Shown here one piece after another: positions 8,543 through 17,380 of a DNA stretch of 32,000 nucleotides. A program made the translations under genes and the position numbers. The notes beneath the pieces were generated by a model. It did no database searches and was not told the DNA's origin. It saw only the letters and a list, made by a program, of their open reading frames with translations. Numbering within the stretch: position 1 is the stretch's first letter; each line of letters begins with the position of its first letter. Origin of the DNA: Longivirga aurantiaca (GTDB taxonomy: Bacteria; Actinomycetota; Actinomycetes; S36-B12; CAIYMF01); contig NZ_JBHSTI010000008.1 of assembly GCF_042660085.1 (NCBI RefSeq), positions 120,001 to 152,000 on the forward strand, in the 5' to 3' direction.

Positions 8543-9036
8543 CCCGTTCTCCTGCGCGCACCGGGACCCCTGCGCACGACGACGTCGCGCGGGCCCTCGA
8601 GGTCGTGCCCGGCGTCGCACCGCAGCGCCACGTGCACCTCGTGGTCGCAGCCCTGGTGCACGAGCTCGATCGGCGGCCCCGCCTTGTCGGCCACGTACCG
8701 GTTGCCCCAGTCGGCCATCGCGACCAGCACGGGGTAGAGGTCGAAGCCGGCCTCGGTGAGGCGGTACTCGTCGCGCACGCGCTGCCCGGGCTCCTGGTAG
8801 GGCACGCGGCGCAGCAGGCCCTGGTCGACCAGCCGGTCGAGCCGCGTCGAGAGCACCTGCCGCGGGATCCCCGTGTGGTCCTGGATGTCCGCGAACCGGC
8901 GTACGCCGAGGAACACCTCGCGCAGCAGCACGAACGACCAGCGGTCGCCGAAGATCTCGACCGCGCGAATCACCGTGCAGTTGTCGGTCCGCCAGGCCAG
9001 GGCCTCGGGCGCGTCGGTGCGGGTGGTCGTGGCCAT
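8539..9036 (-). CDS. HxlR/MarR-type winged-helix transcriptional regulator
   Basis: 165 aa: NCTVIRAVEIFGDRWSFVLLREVFLGVRRFADIQDHTGIPRQVLSTRLDRLVDQGLLRRVPYQEPGQRVRDEYRLTEAGFDLYPVLVAMADWGNRY. Confidence 0.93.
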   Translation of the reverse strand: MATTTRTDAPEALAWRTDNCTVIRAVEIFGDRWSFVLLREVFLGVRRFADIQDHTGIPRQVLSTRLDRLVDQGLLRRVPYQEPGQRVRDEYRLTEAGFDLYPVLVAMADWGNRYVADKAGPPIELVHQGCDHEVHVALRCDAGHDLEGPRDVVVRRGPGARRRTG

Positions 9037-9084
9037 GGGCTCAGTCTACTTGACAGACTCAGCCGCGTCACCGAACCTGAGTCC

Positions 9085-9600
9085 ATGATGGAGACTCAGA
9101 ACCTGGACGAGGCGGCCGCCAGCGTGCGGACACGGATCTTCACGTGGGCCGATCCGGCGGGGATCGCTGCCGGAGCAGGCATGACGGGCCTCGAGCTGCT
9201 CACGGCGATGAGCGAGGGCCGGCTGCCGTCGCCGCCCGTCGCCTCGATGGTCGGCTTCCGCACCTTCGAGGTCGCGCCCGAGGTCGTGACCGTCACGCTC
9301 GACCCGCAGGAGTTCCACTACAACCCGCTCGGCACCGTGCACGGCGGTGTCATCGCCACGCTGCTCGACACCGTCGCGGGCTGCGCCGTGCACACCACGC
9401 TGCCGGCCGGGGTCGGCTACGCCTCGCTCGACCTCGCGACCAAGTTCCTGCGGCCGATCACCGCGGGCTCGGGCACGATCACCGCGCGCGGGACCGTCGT
9501 GCACCGCGGCAGCCGGACGGCGCTCGCCGAGGCGCGGCTCACCGACGAGGCCGGACGGCTGCTGGCGACCGCGACCTCGACCTGCGTGATCCTCGGCTGA
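9085..9600 (+). CDS. PaaI-family hotdog-fold thioesterase
   Basis: GFRTFEVAPEVVTVTLDPQEFHYNPLGTVHGGVIATLLDTVAGCAVHTTLPAGVGYASLDLATKFLRPITAGSGTITARG (HGG hotdog motif). Confidence 0.9.
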   Translation: MMETQNLDEAAASVRTRIFTWADPAGIAAGAGMTGLELLTAMSEGRLPSPPVASMVGFRTFEVAPEVVTVTLDPQEFHYNPLGTVHGGVIATLLDTVAGCAVHTTLPAGVGYASLDLATKFLRPITAGSGTITARGTVVHRGSRTALAEARLTDEAGRLLATATSTCVILG

Positions 9601-9606
9601 GCGCCG

Positions 9607-10479
9607 CTACTTCTTCTTGGCGGCAGCGATGCCCAGGCCCGCGCCGATGCCGAGGCCGACCGCAGCTGCCAGCGCGGCCGGCACGTAGTAGCGCTGGTTC
9701 ATGCGGGTGCGCCGGTAGTCGTGGATCTCCCAGCCGACCGCGCGCGCATGCTTGCGCAGGGCGCCGTCGGGGTTGACCGCGACGGCGCGGCCGACGGCCG
9801 ACAGCATCGGGACGTCGTTGGCGCTGTCGGAGTACGCCGTGCAGCGCACGAGGTCGAGGCCCTCGCGCTCGGCCAGCGCGCGGACGGCGTCCGCCTTCGC
9901 CTTGCCGTGCAGCGCCGATCCGACGAGGCGGCCGGTGTAGACGCCGTCCTCGATCTCGCTCACCGTGCCGAGCGCGCCGGTGAGTCCGAGCCGGGCAGCG
10001 ATGATCGACGCGAGCTCCACCGGCGTCGCCGTCACGAGCCACACCCGCTGGCCGCGGTTGAGGTGGCCCTGGGCGAGCGCGAGGGTGCCGGGCCACAGCT
10101 TGCGCATCATGAGGTCGTCGAAGATCTCCTCGCCGAGCGAGACGACCTCGTCGACGCGCTTGCCCTTCACGAACGCGAGCGCGGCCTCGGTGGCGTCGGC
10201 CATGTCCTCGAGGTCCTCGGAGCCGTTGACGACGAACTTCGCCTGCTTCAGGGCGAAGTCGCCGACGTCCCGCGTGCTGAAGAACTTGCGCTTGGCCAGG
10301 CCCCGGGCGAGGTGGAAGATGCTCGCCCCGCGCATCACGGTGTTGTCGACGTCGAAGAACGCCGCTCCCGTGAGGTCGGGCTCGACCGTGGTCGTGGGGG
10401 ACACGTCGGCCGCTGCGGCGGACGCCTCGCCCGCGACCTGCGAGGCGCGGAGGATGTCCGAAGGGTTGGTCCCGCTCAT
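9607..10479 (-). CDS. HAD-IB family hydrolase (SerB1-like) with C-terminal Ala/Gly-rich hydrophobic segment
   Basis: [29 protein letters not shown]; [27 protein letters not shown]; [23 protein letters not shown]; [26 protein letters not shown]; tail [21 protein letters not shown]. Confidence 0.92.
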   Translation of the reverse strand: MSGTNPSDILRASQVAGEASAAAADVSPTTTVEPDLTGAAFFDVDNTVMRGASIFHLARGLAKRKFFSTRDVGDFALKQAKFVVNGSEDLEDMADATEAALAFVKGKRVDEVVSLGEEIFDDLMMRKLWPGTLALAQGHLNRGQRVWLVTATPVELASIIAARLGLTGALGTVSEIEDGVYTGRLVGSALHGKAKADAVRALAEREGLDLVRCTAYSDSANDVPMLSAVGRAVAVNPDGALRKHARAVGWEIHDYRRTRMNQRYYVPAALAAAVGLGIGAGLGIAAAKKK

Positions 10480-10519
10480 GTCCGGGAGCCTACCGAGGAT
10501 CGTGTGCCACGATCGGGGT

Positions 10520-12046
10520 GTGACCGAGCTCGGGACTGCCACCAACCTCGCCGACCTCCTGCGCGCCACCGCCGCCGCACGGGGCCCCGAGGTCGCGTTC
10601 GTCGATGCCCCTACGGGGCTCGAGACGACGTGGGCGCAGCTCGACCTCGCCGTCGACCACCTCGCCGCAGGCCTGCTGCGCCACGGCCTGGTGGCCGGCG
10701 ACCGCGTCGCCCTGCTGCTCGGCAACCGGATCGAGTTCGTCGCGTCGTACTTCGCGACCCTGCGCGCCGGCCTCGTCTCGCTCCCGCTCAACACGGCGTA
10801 CACCCAGCACGAGGTGTCCGACGTCCTCACCCGTTCGGGCGCGCGGCTCGTCATCGCGGACGAGGGCACCGAAGCCGTCGCCGGCGCGGCGGCGCCGGAG
10901 GGGTGCGACGTCGTGGTCGTGGGCGACTCGTCGTTCGACGCGCTGTCCCGGCTCGGCAGCCGGGCCGACGCGCACGTGCCCGGAGCGGGAGACGCCGCGG
11001 GCGATCCCGAGGCGATCGCCGTGCTCCTGTACACGTCGGGCTCCTCGGGCCCGAGCAAGGGCGCGATGCTGAGCCACCGCGCGCTGCTCGCCAACATCGA
11101 CCAGCTGCGGGCGATCGACCCCAGCCCGGTGCAGCCGGACGACGTCGTGCTCCTCGTGCTGCCGCTGTTCCACGTCTACGCGCTCAACGCCGTGCTGGGC
11201 CTCGCCGTCGCCCAGGGGGCGCGGTCGGTGCTCGTGCCGAGGTTCTCGCCCGCCGCGGCCCTCGAGAGCATCTCCGCGTTCGGCATCACCAACATCCCCG
11301 CGGCGCCGCCGGTCTTCGTCGCGTGGGCCTCGCTGCCCGACCTCGCCGAGCGGCTCGCCGGCGTGCGCACGATGATCTCGGGCGCCGCAGCGCTCGCTCC
11401 CGCGATCTTCGCCGAGTACGCCGTCCGCGCGGGCAACCCCGTGTGGGAGGGCTACGGCCTCACGGAGGCGGCGCCCGTCGTGTCCTCCACGATGGTCGGC
11501 CGCCGGGCGAAGCCCGGGTGCGTGGGCTCGCCGCTGCCCGGCGTCGAGGTGCGCCTCGTCGACGAGTCGGGCGAGACGTCCGACCCCGAGGACACCGGCG
11601 AGATCTGGGTGCGCGGCGCGAACCTGTTCTCCGGCTACTGGCCCGACGGCAGCGAGGGGCCGGACGCCGACGGCTGGTGGGCCACCGGCGACGTCGCGTA
11701 CGCCGACGAGGACGGGGACCTGCACCTGGTCGACCGCCGTCGCGACCTCGTGATCGTGTCGGGCTTCAACGTCTACCCCTACGAGGTCGAGACGGTCATC
11801 GCCTCGCATCCGGCCGTGGCCGAGGTGGCGGTGATCGGGCTGCCGCACGAGCACACGGGGGAGACCGTGGCGGCGTACGTCGTGCCGATCGTCGGCGCCG
11901 GTCTCACCACGGACGACGTACGCGACCTGTGCGAGCAGCGGCTCGCGCGCTTCAAGTGCCCGACCACCATCACGATCGTGGAGTCGCTGCCGCACACCTC
12001 CACCGGCAAGCTCGCCAAGGGCCGGTTGCGCGAGGGCCGGCCGTGA
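10520..12046 (+). CDS. AMP-dependent synthetase / fatty-acid-CoA ligase family protein
   Basis: GTG 10520. Motifs [87 protein letters not shown]. Confidence 0.93.
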   Translation: MTELGTATNLADLLRATAAARGPEVAFVDAPTGLETTWAQLDLAVDHLAAGLLRHGLVAGDRVALLLGNRIEFVASYFATLRAGLVSLPLNTAYTQHEVSDVLTRSGARLVIADEGTEAVAGAAAPEGCDVVVVGDSSFDALSRLGSRADAHVPGAGDAAGDPEAIAVLLYTSGSSGPSKGAMLSHRALLANIDQLRAIDPSPVQPDDVVLLVLPLFHVYALNAVLGLAVAQGARSVLVPRFSPAAALESISAFGITNIPAAPPVFVAWASLPDLAERLAGVRTMISGAAALAPAIFAEYAVRAGNPVWEGYGLTEAAPVVSSTMVGRRAKPGCVGSPLPGVEVRLVDESGETSDPEDTGEIWVRGANLFSGYWPDGSEGPDADGWWATGDVAYADEDGDLHLVDRRRDLVIVSGFNVYPYEVETVIASHPAVAEVAVIGLPHEHTGETVAAYVVPIVGAGLTTDDVRDLCEQRLARFKCPTTITIVESLPHTSTGKLAKGRLREGRP

Positions 12047-12300
12047 GCGCCGAGCCGCGCGTCACCCTGATCGGCAAGCCCGACTGCCACCTGTGCGACG
12101 CCGCGCGGACCGTGATCGACGAGGTCTGCGCCGAGACGGGCGACACCTACGCCGAGCGCTCGATCCTCGACGACCCCGAGCTCGCCGACCTCTACTGGGA
12201 GCAGATCCCGGTCACGCTCGTCGACGGCGTGCAGCACGACTTCTGGCGCGTGGACGCCGCCCGCCTCCGCGCCGCGCTCGCCGCCCCCCGCCCGTCCTGA
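12043..12300 (+). CDS. Glutaredoxin-like family protein (DUF836-like)
   Basis: GTG 12043 overlaps the upstream stop. VTLIGKPDCHLCDAARTVIDEVCAETG...EQIPVTLVDGVQHDFWRVD; CxxC = CHLC. Confidence 0.85.
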   Translation: MSAEPRVTLIGKPDCHLCDAARTVIDEVCAETGDTYAERSILDDPELADLYWEQIPVTLVDGVQHDFWRVDAARLRAALAAPRPS

Positions 12301-12312
12301 CACCCGTCCGGG

Positions 12313-12801
12313 TCAGGCGGGGGCGCTGCCGGTGTCGATCTGGCGGGCGAGGTACGCCGACTCGCCCACGGCCTCGATGGCCGCGAGCTGCGCCTCGAAC
12401 CAGTCGGCGTGGCCCTCCTCGTCGCGCACCATCTCGTCGAAGATCGACGCGGTGCCGTGGTCGCCCAGCGCGCGCAGCTCGGCCGCGGCCGCGTTGAACT
12501 GCGCCACGGCCTTCTTCTCGCCCTCGAGACCGAGCTGGAGCATCTCCACCGCGGACTGGCCGATGGCCACCGGCCCGAGGCGCTGCAGGTTGGGGTGCGC
12601 GTCGAAGAACAGGATCCGCTGGATCAGCGAGTCGGCGTCGCGCATCTCGCCGATGGACAGGTCGTAGAACACCTTGCCCAGCAGCGGCAGGCCCTGGGCG
12701 TCGAGCATGCGGGCGTGCAGGAAGTAGGCGTTGGTGACGGTGAGCTCGAGCGTGAGGGCGTCGTTGAGGAGCTCGACGACGCGAGGGCTAACCGGCTGCA
12801 T
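12313..12801 (-). CDS. bfr: Bacterioferritin-like protein
   Basis: VVELLNDALTLELTVTNAYFLHARMLDAQGLPLLGKVFYDLSIGEMRDADSLIQRILFFDAHPNLQRLG...DEMVRDEEGHADWFEAQL. Haem-ligand Met is conserved. Confidence 0.9.
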   Translation of the reverse strand: MQPVSPRVVELLNDALTLELTVTNAYFLHARMLDAQGLPLLGKVFYDLSIGEMRDADSLIQRILFFDAHPNLQRLGPVAIGQSAVEMLQLGLEGEKKAVAQFNAAAAELRALGDHGTASIFDEMVRDEEGHADWFEAQLAAIEAVGESAYLARQIDTGSAPA

Positions 12802-13006
12802 GGACGACCTCCGATGACGGTGCCGGGTGGCGGGTGCCGGCCAGGCGCAGGGCGGACTCGGTCTGCTGGCGCACGGCGGGGAGGCAGCCTCCGCAGTCGC
12901 GGCCTGCGCGGGTGCGGACGAGCACCTCGCGCAACGAGCAGGCGCCCTCGGCGACGGCGGCGTCGATCGCGCGGTGGTCGACCACGGCGCAGTGACAGAG
13001 GATCAC
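12788..13006 (-). CDS. Bacterioferritin-associated ferredoxin-like [2Fe-2S]-binding protein
   Basis: 72 aa from GTG 13006. MILCHCAVVDHRAIDAAVAEGACSLREVLVRTRAGRDCGGCLPAVR (CxC...CxxC). Overlaps the bfr start. Confidence 0.88.
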   Translation of the reverse strand: MILCHCAVVDHRAIDAAVAEGACSLREVLVRTRAGRDCGGCLPAVRQQTESALRLAGTRHPAPSSEVVHAAG

Positions 13007-13010
13007 GTGG

Positions 13011-13026
13011 GTAAGGGTACCCTAAC
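13011..13026 (-). promoter_or_regulatory. Candidate DtxR/IdeR-like iron box with overlapping -10 for bfd-bfr
   Basis: Minus strand GTTAGGGTACCCTTAC, nearly palindromic around GGGTACCC, 4 nt upstream of the bfd GTG. Contains TAGGGT (-10-like). Confidence 0.4.
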
Positions 13027-13169
13027 TCTGGCGTCGGCGGACATCCGGTGCGTCCCGGACGGGCTACCCGCGGGTATCGGAATCGGCCGCTACCGTTGCC
13101 CACCTACGGTTGCGTAACCGGAACCACGATCGTCCGCACGGCCCGCCCGCCGCACGCCGAGGAGATGCC

Positions 13170-14117
13170 ATGACCGTTCTCGAGGACTTCGCCCCGAGCG
13201 CTCCGCTCGTGCGCGCTCTCGATCCGGTGGTCGCCGTCGAGATCGAGCGGCACATGGCGATGGCCAAGGAGTGGATGCCGCACGAGTACATCCCCTGGGC
13301 CGAGGGCAGCAACTACGACGGCATCTATGGCGGCGACGCGTGGGACCCGAGCCAGTCGCCCGTCGACGGCGTCTCGCGCACGGCGCTGGTCGTCAACCTC
13401 CTGACCGAGGACAACCTGCCGAGCTACCACCGCGCGCTCACCGACACCGTCGGTCGCGACAGCGCCTGGGGCGAGTGGGTGCACCGCTGGACCGCGGAGG
13501 AGGGCCGCCACGCGATCGCGATGCGCGACTTCCTGCTCGTCACGCGCTCGGTCGACCCGGTCGCCCTCGAGCGCGAGCGCATGGACCACATGGGCCGCGG
13601 CTTCGACGGCTACGCCGAGGGCCACGTGCTCACGACGATGGCGTACGTCTCCTTCCAGGAGCTGGCCACCCGCATCTCGCACCGCAACACCGGCAAGCAC
13701 ACGCAGGACCCGGGCCTCGACCGGCTGCTGCAGCGCATCGCGGCCGACGAGAACCTGCACATGCTGATGTACCGCAACGTCATGGCCGCGGCGTTCGACC
13801 TCAACCCCGACGCCTCGATGAAGGCCGTCCTCGACATCGTGGAGAACTTCCAGATGCCGGGCAACGAGGTCGAGGGCTTCACCCGCCGCTCGGTCGCGAT
13901 CGCGCTGGCCGGCATCTACGACCTGCGCATCCACCACGACGAGGTGCTCTCGCCGGTGCTGCGCGCGTGGAACGTGTTCGACCGCACCGACTTCGGCCCC
14001 GAGGGCGAGAAGGCACGCGACGCGCTCGCGCAGTTCATGGCCGGCCTCGACGCCGCGGCCACGCAGTTCGAGGACAAGCGCGCCGAGAAGGCCGCCCGCC
14101 TCGCCGCCCGCATCTGA
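13170..14117 (+). CDS. Acyl-ACP desaturase (DesA/stearoyl-ACP desaturase-like di-iron enzyme)
   Basis: HRWTAEEGRHAIAMRDFLLVTRSVDP, GYAEGHVLTTMAYVSFQELATRISHRNTG, RIAADENLHMLMYRNVM. Confidence 0.92.
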   Translation: MTVLEDFAPSAPLVRALDPVVAVEIERHMAMAKEWMPHEYIPWAEGSNYDGIYGGDAWDPSQSPVDGVSRTALVVNLLTEDNLPSYHRALTDTVGRDSAWGEWVHRWTAEEGRHAIAMRDFLLVTRSVDPVALERERMDHMGRGFDGYAEGHVLTTMAYVSFQELATRISHRNTGKHTQDPGLDRLLQRIAADENLHMLMYRNVMAAAFDLNPDASMKAVLDIVENFQMPGNEVEGFTRRSVAIALAGIYDLRIHHDEVLSPVLRAWNVFDRTDFGPEGEKARDALAQFMAGLDAAATQFEDKRAEKAARLAARI

Positions 14118-14233
14118 GGGCGCCGGTCGGCCGACGCGGCCAGCGCCGGTGTCCGGCAACCGGTCGCCCCGGTCGGCAGCTGGGTGCCGGGCCGGTGACC
14201 AAGATCAACATCTTGCACGCGGGGGTCTGAACC

Positions 14234-14249
14234 TGTGACCGGGGTCACA
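14234..14249 (+). promoter_or_regulatory. Candidate CRP/GlxR-family binding site
   Basis: TGTGACCGGGGTCACA matches TGTGA-N6-TCACA exactly; 7-nt perfect arms. Confidence 0.5.
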
Positions 14250-14291
14250 TCGATTCTGGTCCATATCCTGGAACCCGGGCGGCCCGCGACT

Positions 14292-14309
14292 TTGTGCGTT
14301 CGTTCACGA
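14292..14309 (+). promoter_or_regulatory. Rex operator (ROP) upstream of rex-hemACD
   Basis: TTGTGCGTTCGTTCACGA versus Rex consensus TTGTG-N8-CACAA. Overlaps a -35-like TTGTGC; -10-like TACTCT (14315-14320) follows a 17-nt spacer. Confidence 0.75.
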
Positions 14310-14394
14310 GTACCTACTCTGACAACGCCCACCCGCTGAGACGACCGGACCCTTGCCGGCCCGGCGGGAGGCACCGAACAACCGGGGTGAAGCC

Positions 14395-15087
14395 GTGCCG
14401 CTCCCACGTGCGACCGACGTGTCGCGCCGTGGCATCCCGGACGCGACGGTGGCCCGGCTCCCGATCTACCACCGCGTCCTCGCGCTCCTCGTCGAGCGCG
14501 GCGTCGCGACCGTGTCGAGCGAGGAGCTCGCGGCCGCGAGCGGCGTCACGAGCGCCAAGCTGCGCAAGGACCTCAGCCACCTCGGCTCGTACGGCACGCG
14601 CGGCGTCGGCTACGACACCGAGTACCTCGTCTACCAGATCGCCCGCGAGCTCGGCCTGACCCAGGACTGGCCCGTCGTGATCGTCGGTGTCGGCAACCTC
14701 GGCCACGCGCTCGCCAACTACGGAGGCTTCGCGTCGCGCGGCTTCCGCGTCGTCGGCCTCGTGGACGCCGACCCACGTCGGGTCGGCGAGAAGATCCCGG
14801 CCGGCCCCGGCGGCGAGCCGATCGCGGTGCGGCCGCTCGCCGACCTCGAGGACGTCGTCATCGACGGCGTCGCCTGCATCGGCGTCATCGCGACGCCCGC
14901 GCCCGCCGCCCAGGCCGTCTGCGACCGCCTCGTCGCCGCAGGTGTCACGAGCATCCTCAACTTCGCCCCCGTGGTGCTGACCACCCCCGACCACGTCGGG
15001 GTGCGCAAGGTCGACCTCGCGACCGAGCTGCAGATCCTGGCGTTCCACGAGCAGCGCCGTGTCGCGCGTCCGGAGCTGGGCGCATGA
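14395..15087 (+). CDS. rex: Redox-sensing transcriptional repressor Rex
   Basis: GTG 14395. ARLPIYHRVLALLVERGVATVSSEELAAASGVTSAKLRKDLSHLGSYGTRGVGYD; VVIVGVGNLGHALANYGGF; SILNFAPVVL. Confidence 0.95.
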   Translation: MPLPRATDVSRRGIPDATVARLPIYHRVLALLVERGVATVSSEELAAASGVTSAKLRKDLSHLGSYGTRGVGYDTEYLVYQIARELGLTQDWPVVIVGVGNLGHALANYGGFASRGFRVVGLVDADPRRVGEKIPAGPGGEPIAVRPLADLEDVVIDGVACIGVIATPAPAAQAVCDRLVAAGVTSILNFAPVVLTTPDHVGVRKVDLATELQILAFHEQRRVARPELGA

Positions 15088-16448
15088 CCCTCCTCGTCGT
15101 CGGCATCAGCCACCGAACCGCGCCCGTGACCCTGCTCGACCGGGTCGCGCTGGTCGACGGCGCAGCCGAGCGGCTGCAGGTGGACCTTCTCGCCTCGACC
15201 CATGTCGCCGAGTCGCTCGTGCTGTCGACCTGCAACCGCGTCGAGATCTACGCCGAGGTCAGCAAGTTCCACGGCGGCGTCCTCGACGTCACCGAGACCC
15301 TCGCCAAGGCCACGGGCATCGACCGCGAGGAGCTCACCCCGCACCTGTACGTGCGGTACGAGGATCGCGCCGTGCAGCACCTGTTCGAGGTCGCGGCCGG
15401 CCTCGACTCGATGGTGGTGGGCGAGCAGCAGATCCTGGGCCAGGTGCGCGGTGCGCTGCGCACCGGGCAGGACCTCGAGACGATCGGCCGCAACCTCAAC
15501 GACCTCGCCCAGGCGGCGCTGCGCGTCGGCAAGCGCGTGCACCACGACACCGGCATCGACCGCGCGGGCGCCTCGGTGGTGAGCGTCGCGCTGCACCTCG
15601 CGGGCGCCTCCCTCGGTGGGAGCCTCGCGGGCAAGCGCGCGCTGGTGGTCGGCGCCGGAGCGATGAGCGGCCTGGCCGCTGCCACGCTGGCGCGCGCGGG
15701 CATCGGCGAGATCGTCGTCGCGAACCGCACCTTCGAGCGGGGCCAGCACCTGGCCGATCAGGTCGGCGGCCGCGCTGTGAGCTTCGACGACGTCGCGGCC
15801 ACGATCGCCGACGTCGACATCGTCTTCTCCTGCACGGGATCCACGGGCCTCGTGCTCACCACCTCCGACGTCGAGACCGCACGCGCCGGCGTCACCGCAC
15901 CGCTGGCCGTCGTCGACCTCGCGCTCCCGCACGACACCGAGGAGACGATCGCGTCGCTCCCCGGCGTCTCGCGGATCGACCTCGCGTCGCTCGTCGACGT
16001 CCCCGAGGCGAACGCGCCCGAGCGCGACGTCGAGCTGGCCCGCGCGATCGTCGTCGACGAGGTCCGCGCGCACCTGGCCACGATCGCGGCCCAGCGGGTC
16101 GAGCCCATCGTCGTCAGCCTGCGCAGCCACGCCGACCAGGTGGTCGAGGCCGAGCTCGACCGGCTGCGCCTCAGGCTGCCCGGCCTCGGCGAGGCCGAGC
16201 TCGACGAGGTCGCGCGCGCCATGCGCCGCTCGGTGTCGACGCTGCTCCACCGGCCCACGGTCCGCATGAAGGAGCTCGCCGCCGACCCGGACGGCGCGCG
16301 CTACGCCACCACGCTGCACCGGCTCTTCGACCTCGACCCCGAGGCGATCGCCGCCGTCACCGCCGCCGACTCCGCCGAGCCCACCACGCCGTCGTTCGCG
16401 TCCGAGGCCGGCGCGGGCATCGACGACCTCCTCGGGGGCACGCCGTGA
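15084..16448 (+). CDS. hemA: Glutamyl-tRNA reductase
   Basis: LLVVGISHRTAPV, VLSTCNRVEIYAEVSKFHGG, GLDSMVVGEQQILGQVR, VVGAGAMSGLAAATLARAGIGEIVVANRT. Confidence 0.97.
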   Translation: MTLLVVGISHRTAPVTLLDRVALVDGAAERLQVDLLASTHVAESLVLSTCNRVEIYAEVSKFHGGVLDVTETLAKATGIDREELTPHLYVRYEDRAVQHLFEVAAGLDSMVVGEQQILGQVRGALRTGQDLETIGRNLNDLAQAALRVGKRVHHDTGIDRAGASVVSVALHLAGASLGGSLAGKRALVVGAGAMSGLAAATLARAGIGEIVVANRTFERGQHLADQVGGRAVSFDDVAATIADVDIVFSCTGSTGLVLTTSDVETARAGVTAPLAVVDLALPHDTEETIASLPGVSRIDLASLVDVPEANAPERDVELARAIVVDEVRAHLATIAAQRVEPIVVSLRSHADQVVEAELDRLRLRLPGLGEAELDEVARAMRRSVSTLLHRPTVRMKELAADPDGARYATTLHRLFDLDPEAIAAVTAADSAEPTTPSFASEAGAGIDDLLGGTP

Positions 16449-17380
16449 GCGCGGTGCGGGTCGCGACCCGCGCGAGCCTGCTCGCCCGCACACAGTCGGG
16501 GATCGTCGCGGACGCGCTGCGCGCACGGCTCGACCGCGAGGTCGTGCTCGTCGAGGTGAGCACGCGCGGCGACGTCGACCAGACCACGCCCCTCGCGTCC
16601 TTCGGCGGTGTCGGGGTCTTCGTCTCCGCCGTGCGCGACGCCGTGCTGCGCGGTGATGCCGACGTCGCCGTCCACTCGCTCAAGGACCTCCCGACCGCGC
16701 CCGCCGAGGGTCTGCGCCTCGCCGCGGTGCCCCCGCGCGAGGACGCCCGCGACGTGCTGGTGGCCCGCGACGGCGGAACGGTCGCCACGCTCCCGGCTGG
16801 TGCCTCGGTCGGCACGGGTTCGCCGCGCCGCGCCGCGCAGCTGCGCGCGCTGCGCCCCGACCTGCACGTCGTTCCCGTCCGCGGCAACGTGGACACCCGC
16901 GTGCGCAAGGTGGTCGATGGCGAGCTCGACGCCGTCGTCCTGGCCCACGCAGGTCTCGCCAGGCTCGACCGCCTCGACGCGGTCACCGAGGTGCTCGAGA
17001 CCGACCAGATGCTGCCCGCACCCGGACAGGGTGCGCTGGCTGTCGAGTGCCGCGACGTCGAGGACGACGCCGCGCTGCTCGACGCGCTCCGCGACCTCGA
17101 CGACGACGCGACCCGCGTCGCCGTCACCGCGGAGCGATCCCTCCTCGCCGCCCTCGAGGCCGGTTGCTCGGCGCCTGTCGGCGCCCACGCCACCGTCTCG
17201 GGAGCCCCCGGCGAGGCGGTCGTGCACCTGACCGGAGCCGTCGTCAGCGACGACGGCCGGGTCCAGGTGCGGAAGTCGGTCACCGGGCCTGCCGGCGACG
17301 CGGAGCAGGTGGGCCGATCGCTGGCCGCCGACCTCCTCGCCGCCGGTGCGCCCGGTCTCGTGAACGGAACACGCCCATGA
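16445..17380 (+). CDS. hemC: Hydroxymethylbilane synthase (porphobilinogen deaminase)
   Basis: GTG 16445 overlaps the hemA stop. VRVATRASLLARTQSGIVADAL, DVAVHSLKDLPT, VGTGSPRRAAQLRALRPDLHVVPVRGNVDTRVRK, LEAGCSAPVGAHA. Confidence 0.96.
   Translation: MSAVRVATRASLLARTQSGIVADALRARLDREVVLVEVSTRGDVDQTTPLASFGGVGVFVSAVRDAVLRGDADVAVHSLKDLPTAPAEGLRLAAVPPREDARDVLVARDGGTVATLPAGASVGTGSPRRAAQLRALRPDLHVVPVRGNVDTRVRKVVDGELDAVVLAHAGLARLDRLDAVTEVLETDQMLPAPGQGALAVECRDVEDDAALLDALRDLDDDATRVAVTAERSLLAALEAGCSAPVGAHATVSGAPGEAVVHLTGAVVSDDGRVQVRKSVTGPAGDAEQVGRSLAADLLAAGAPGLVNGTRP

Noticed and set aside
7877-9604. Cassette as a transposon or integron
   Set aside because: No transposase, integrase or flanking target duplication is visible. 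The 22-nt palindrome has no second copy that I can see in this window.
10490-11995. 501-aa minus-strand ORF opposite the AMP-ligase gene
   Set aside because: Out-of-phase complement of a gene with intact adenylation motifs; Arg/Gly/His-rich random-like translation.
13070-13169. Half-site pair CGGTT-gcgt-AACCG upstream of the acyl-ACP desaturase as a fatty-acid regulator operator
   Set aside because: The arms are only 5 nt in GC-rich DNA and I could not match them to a specific known consensus. Insufficient support to call.
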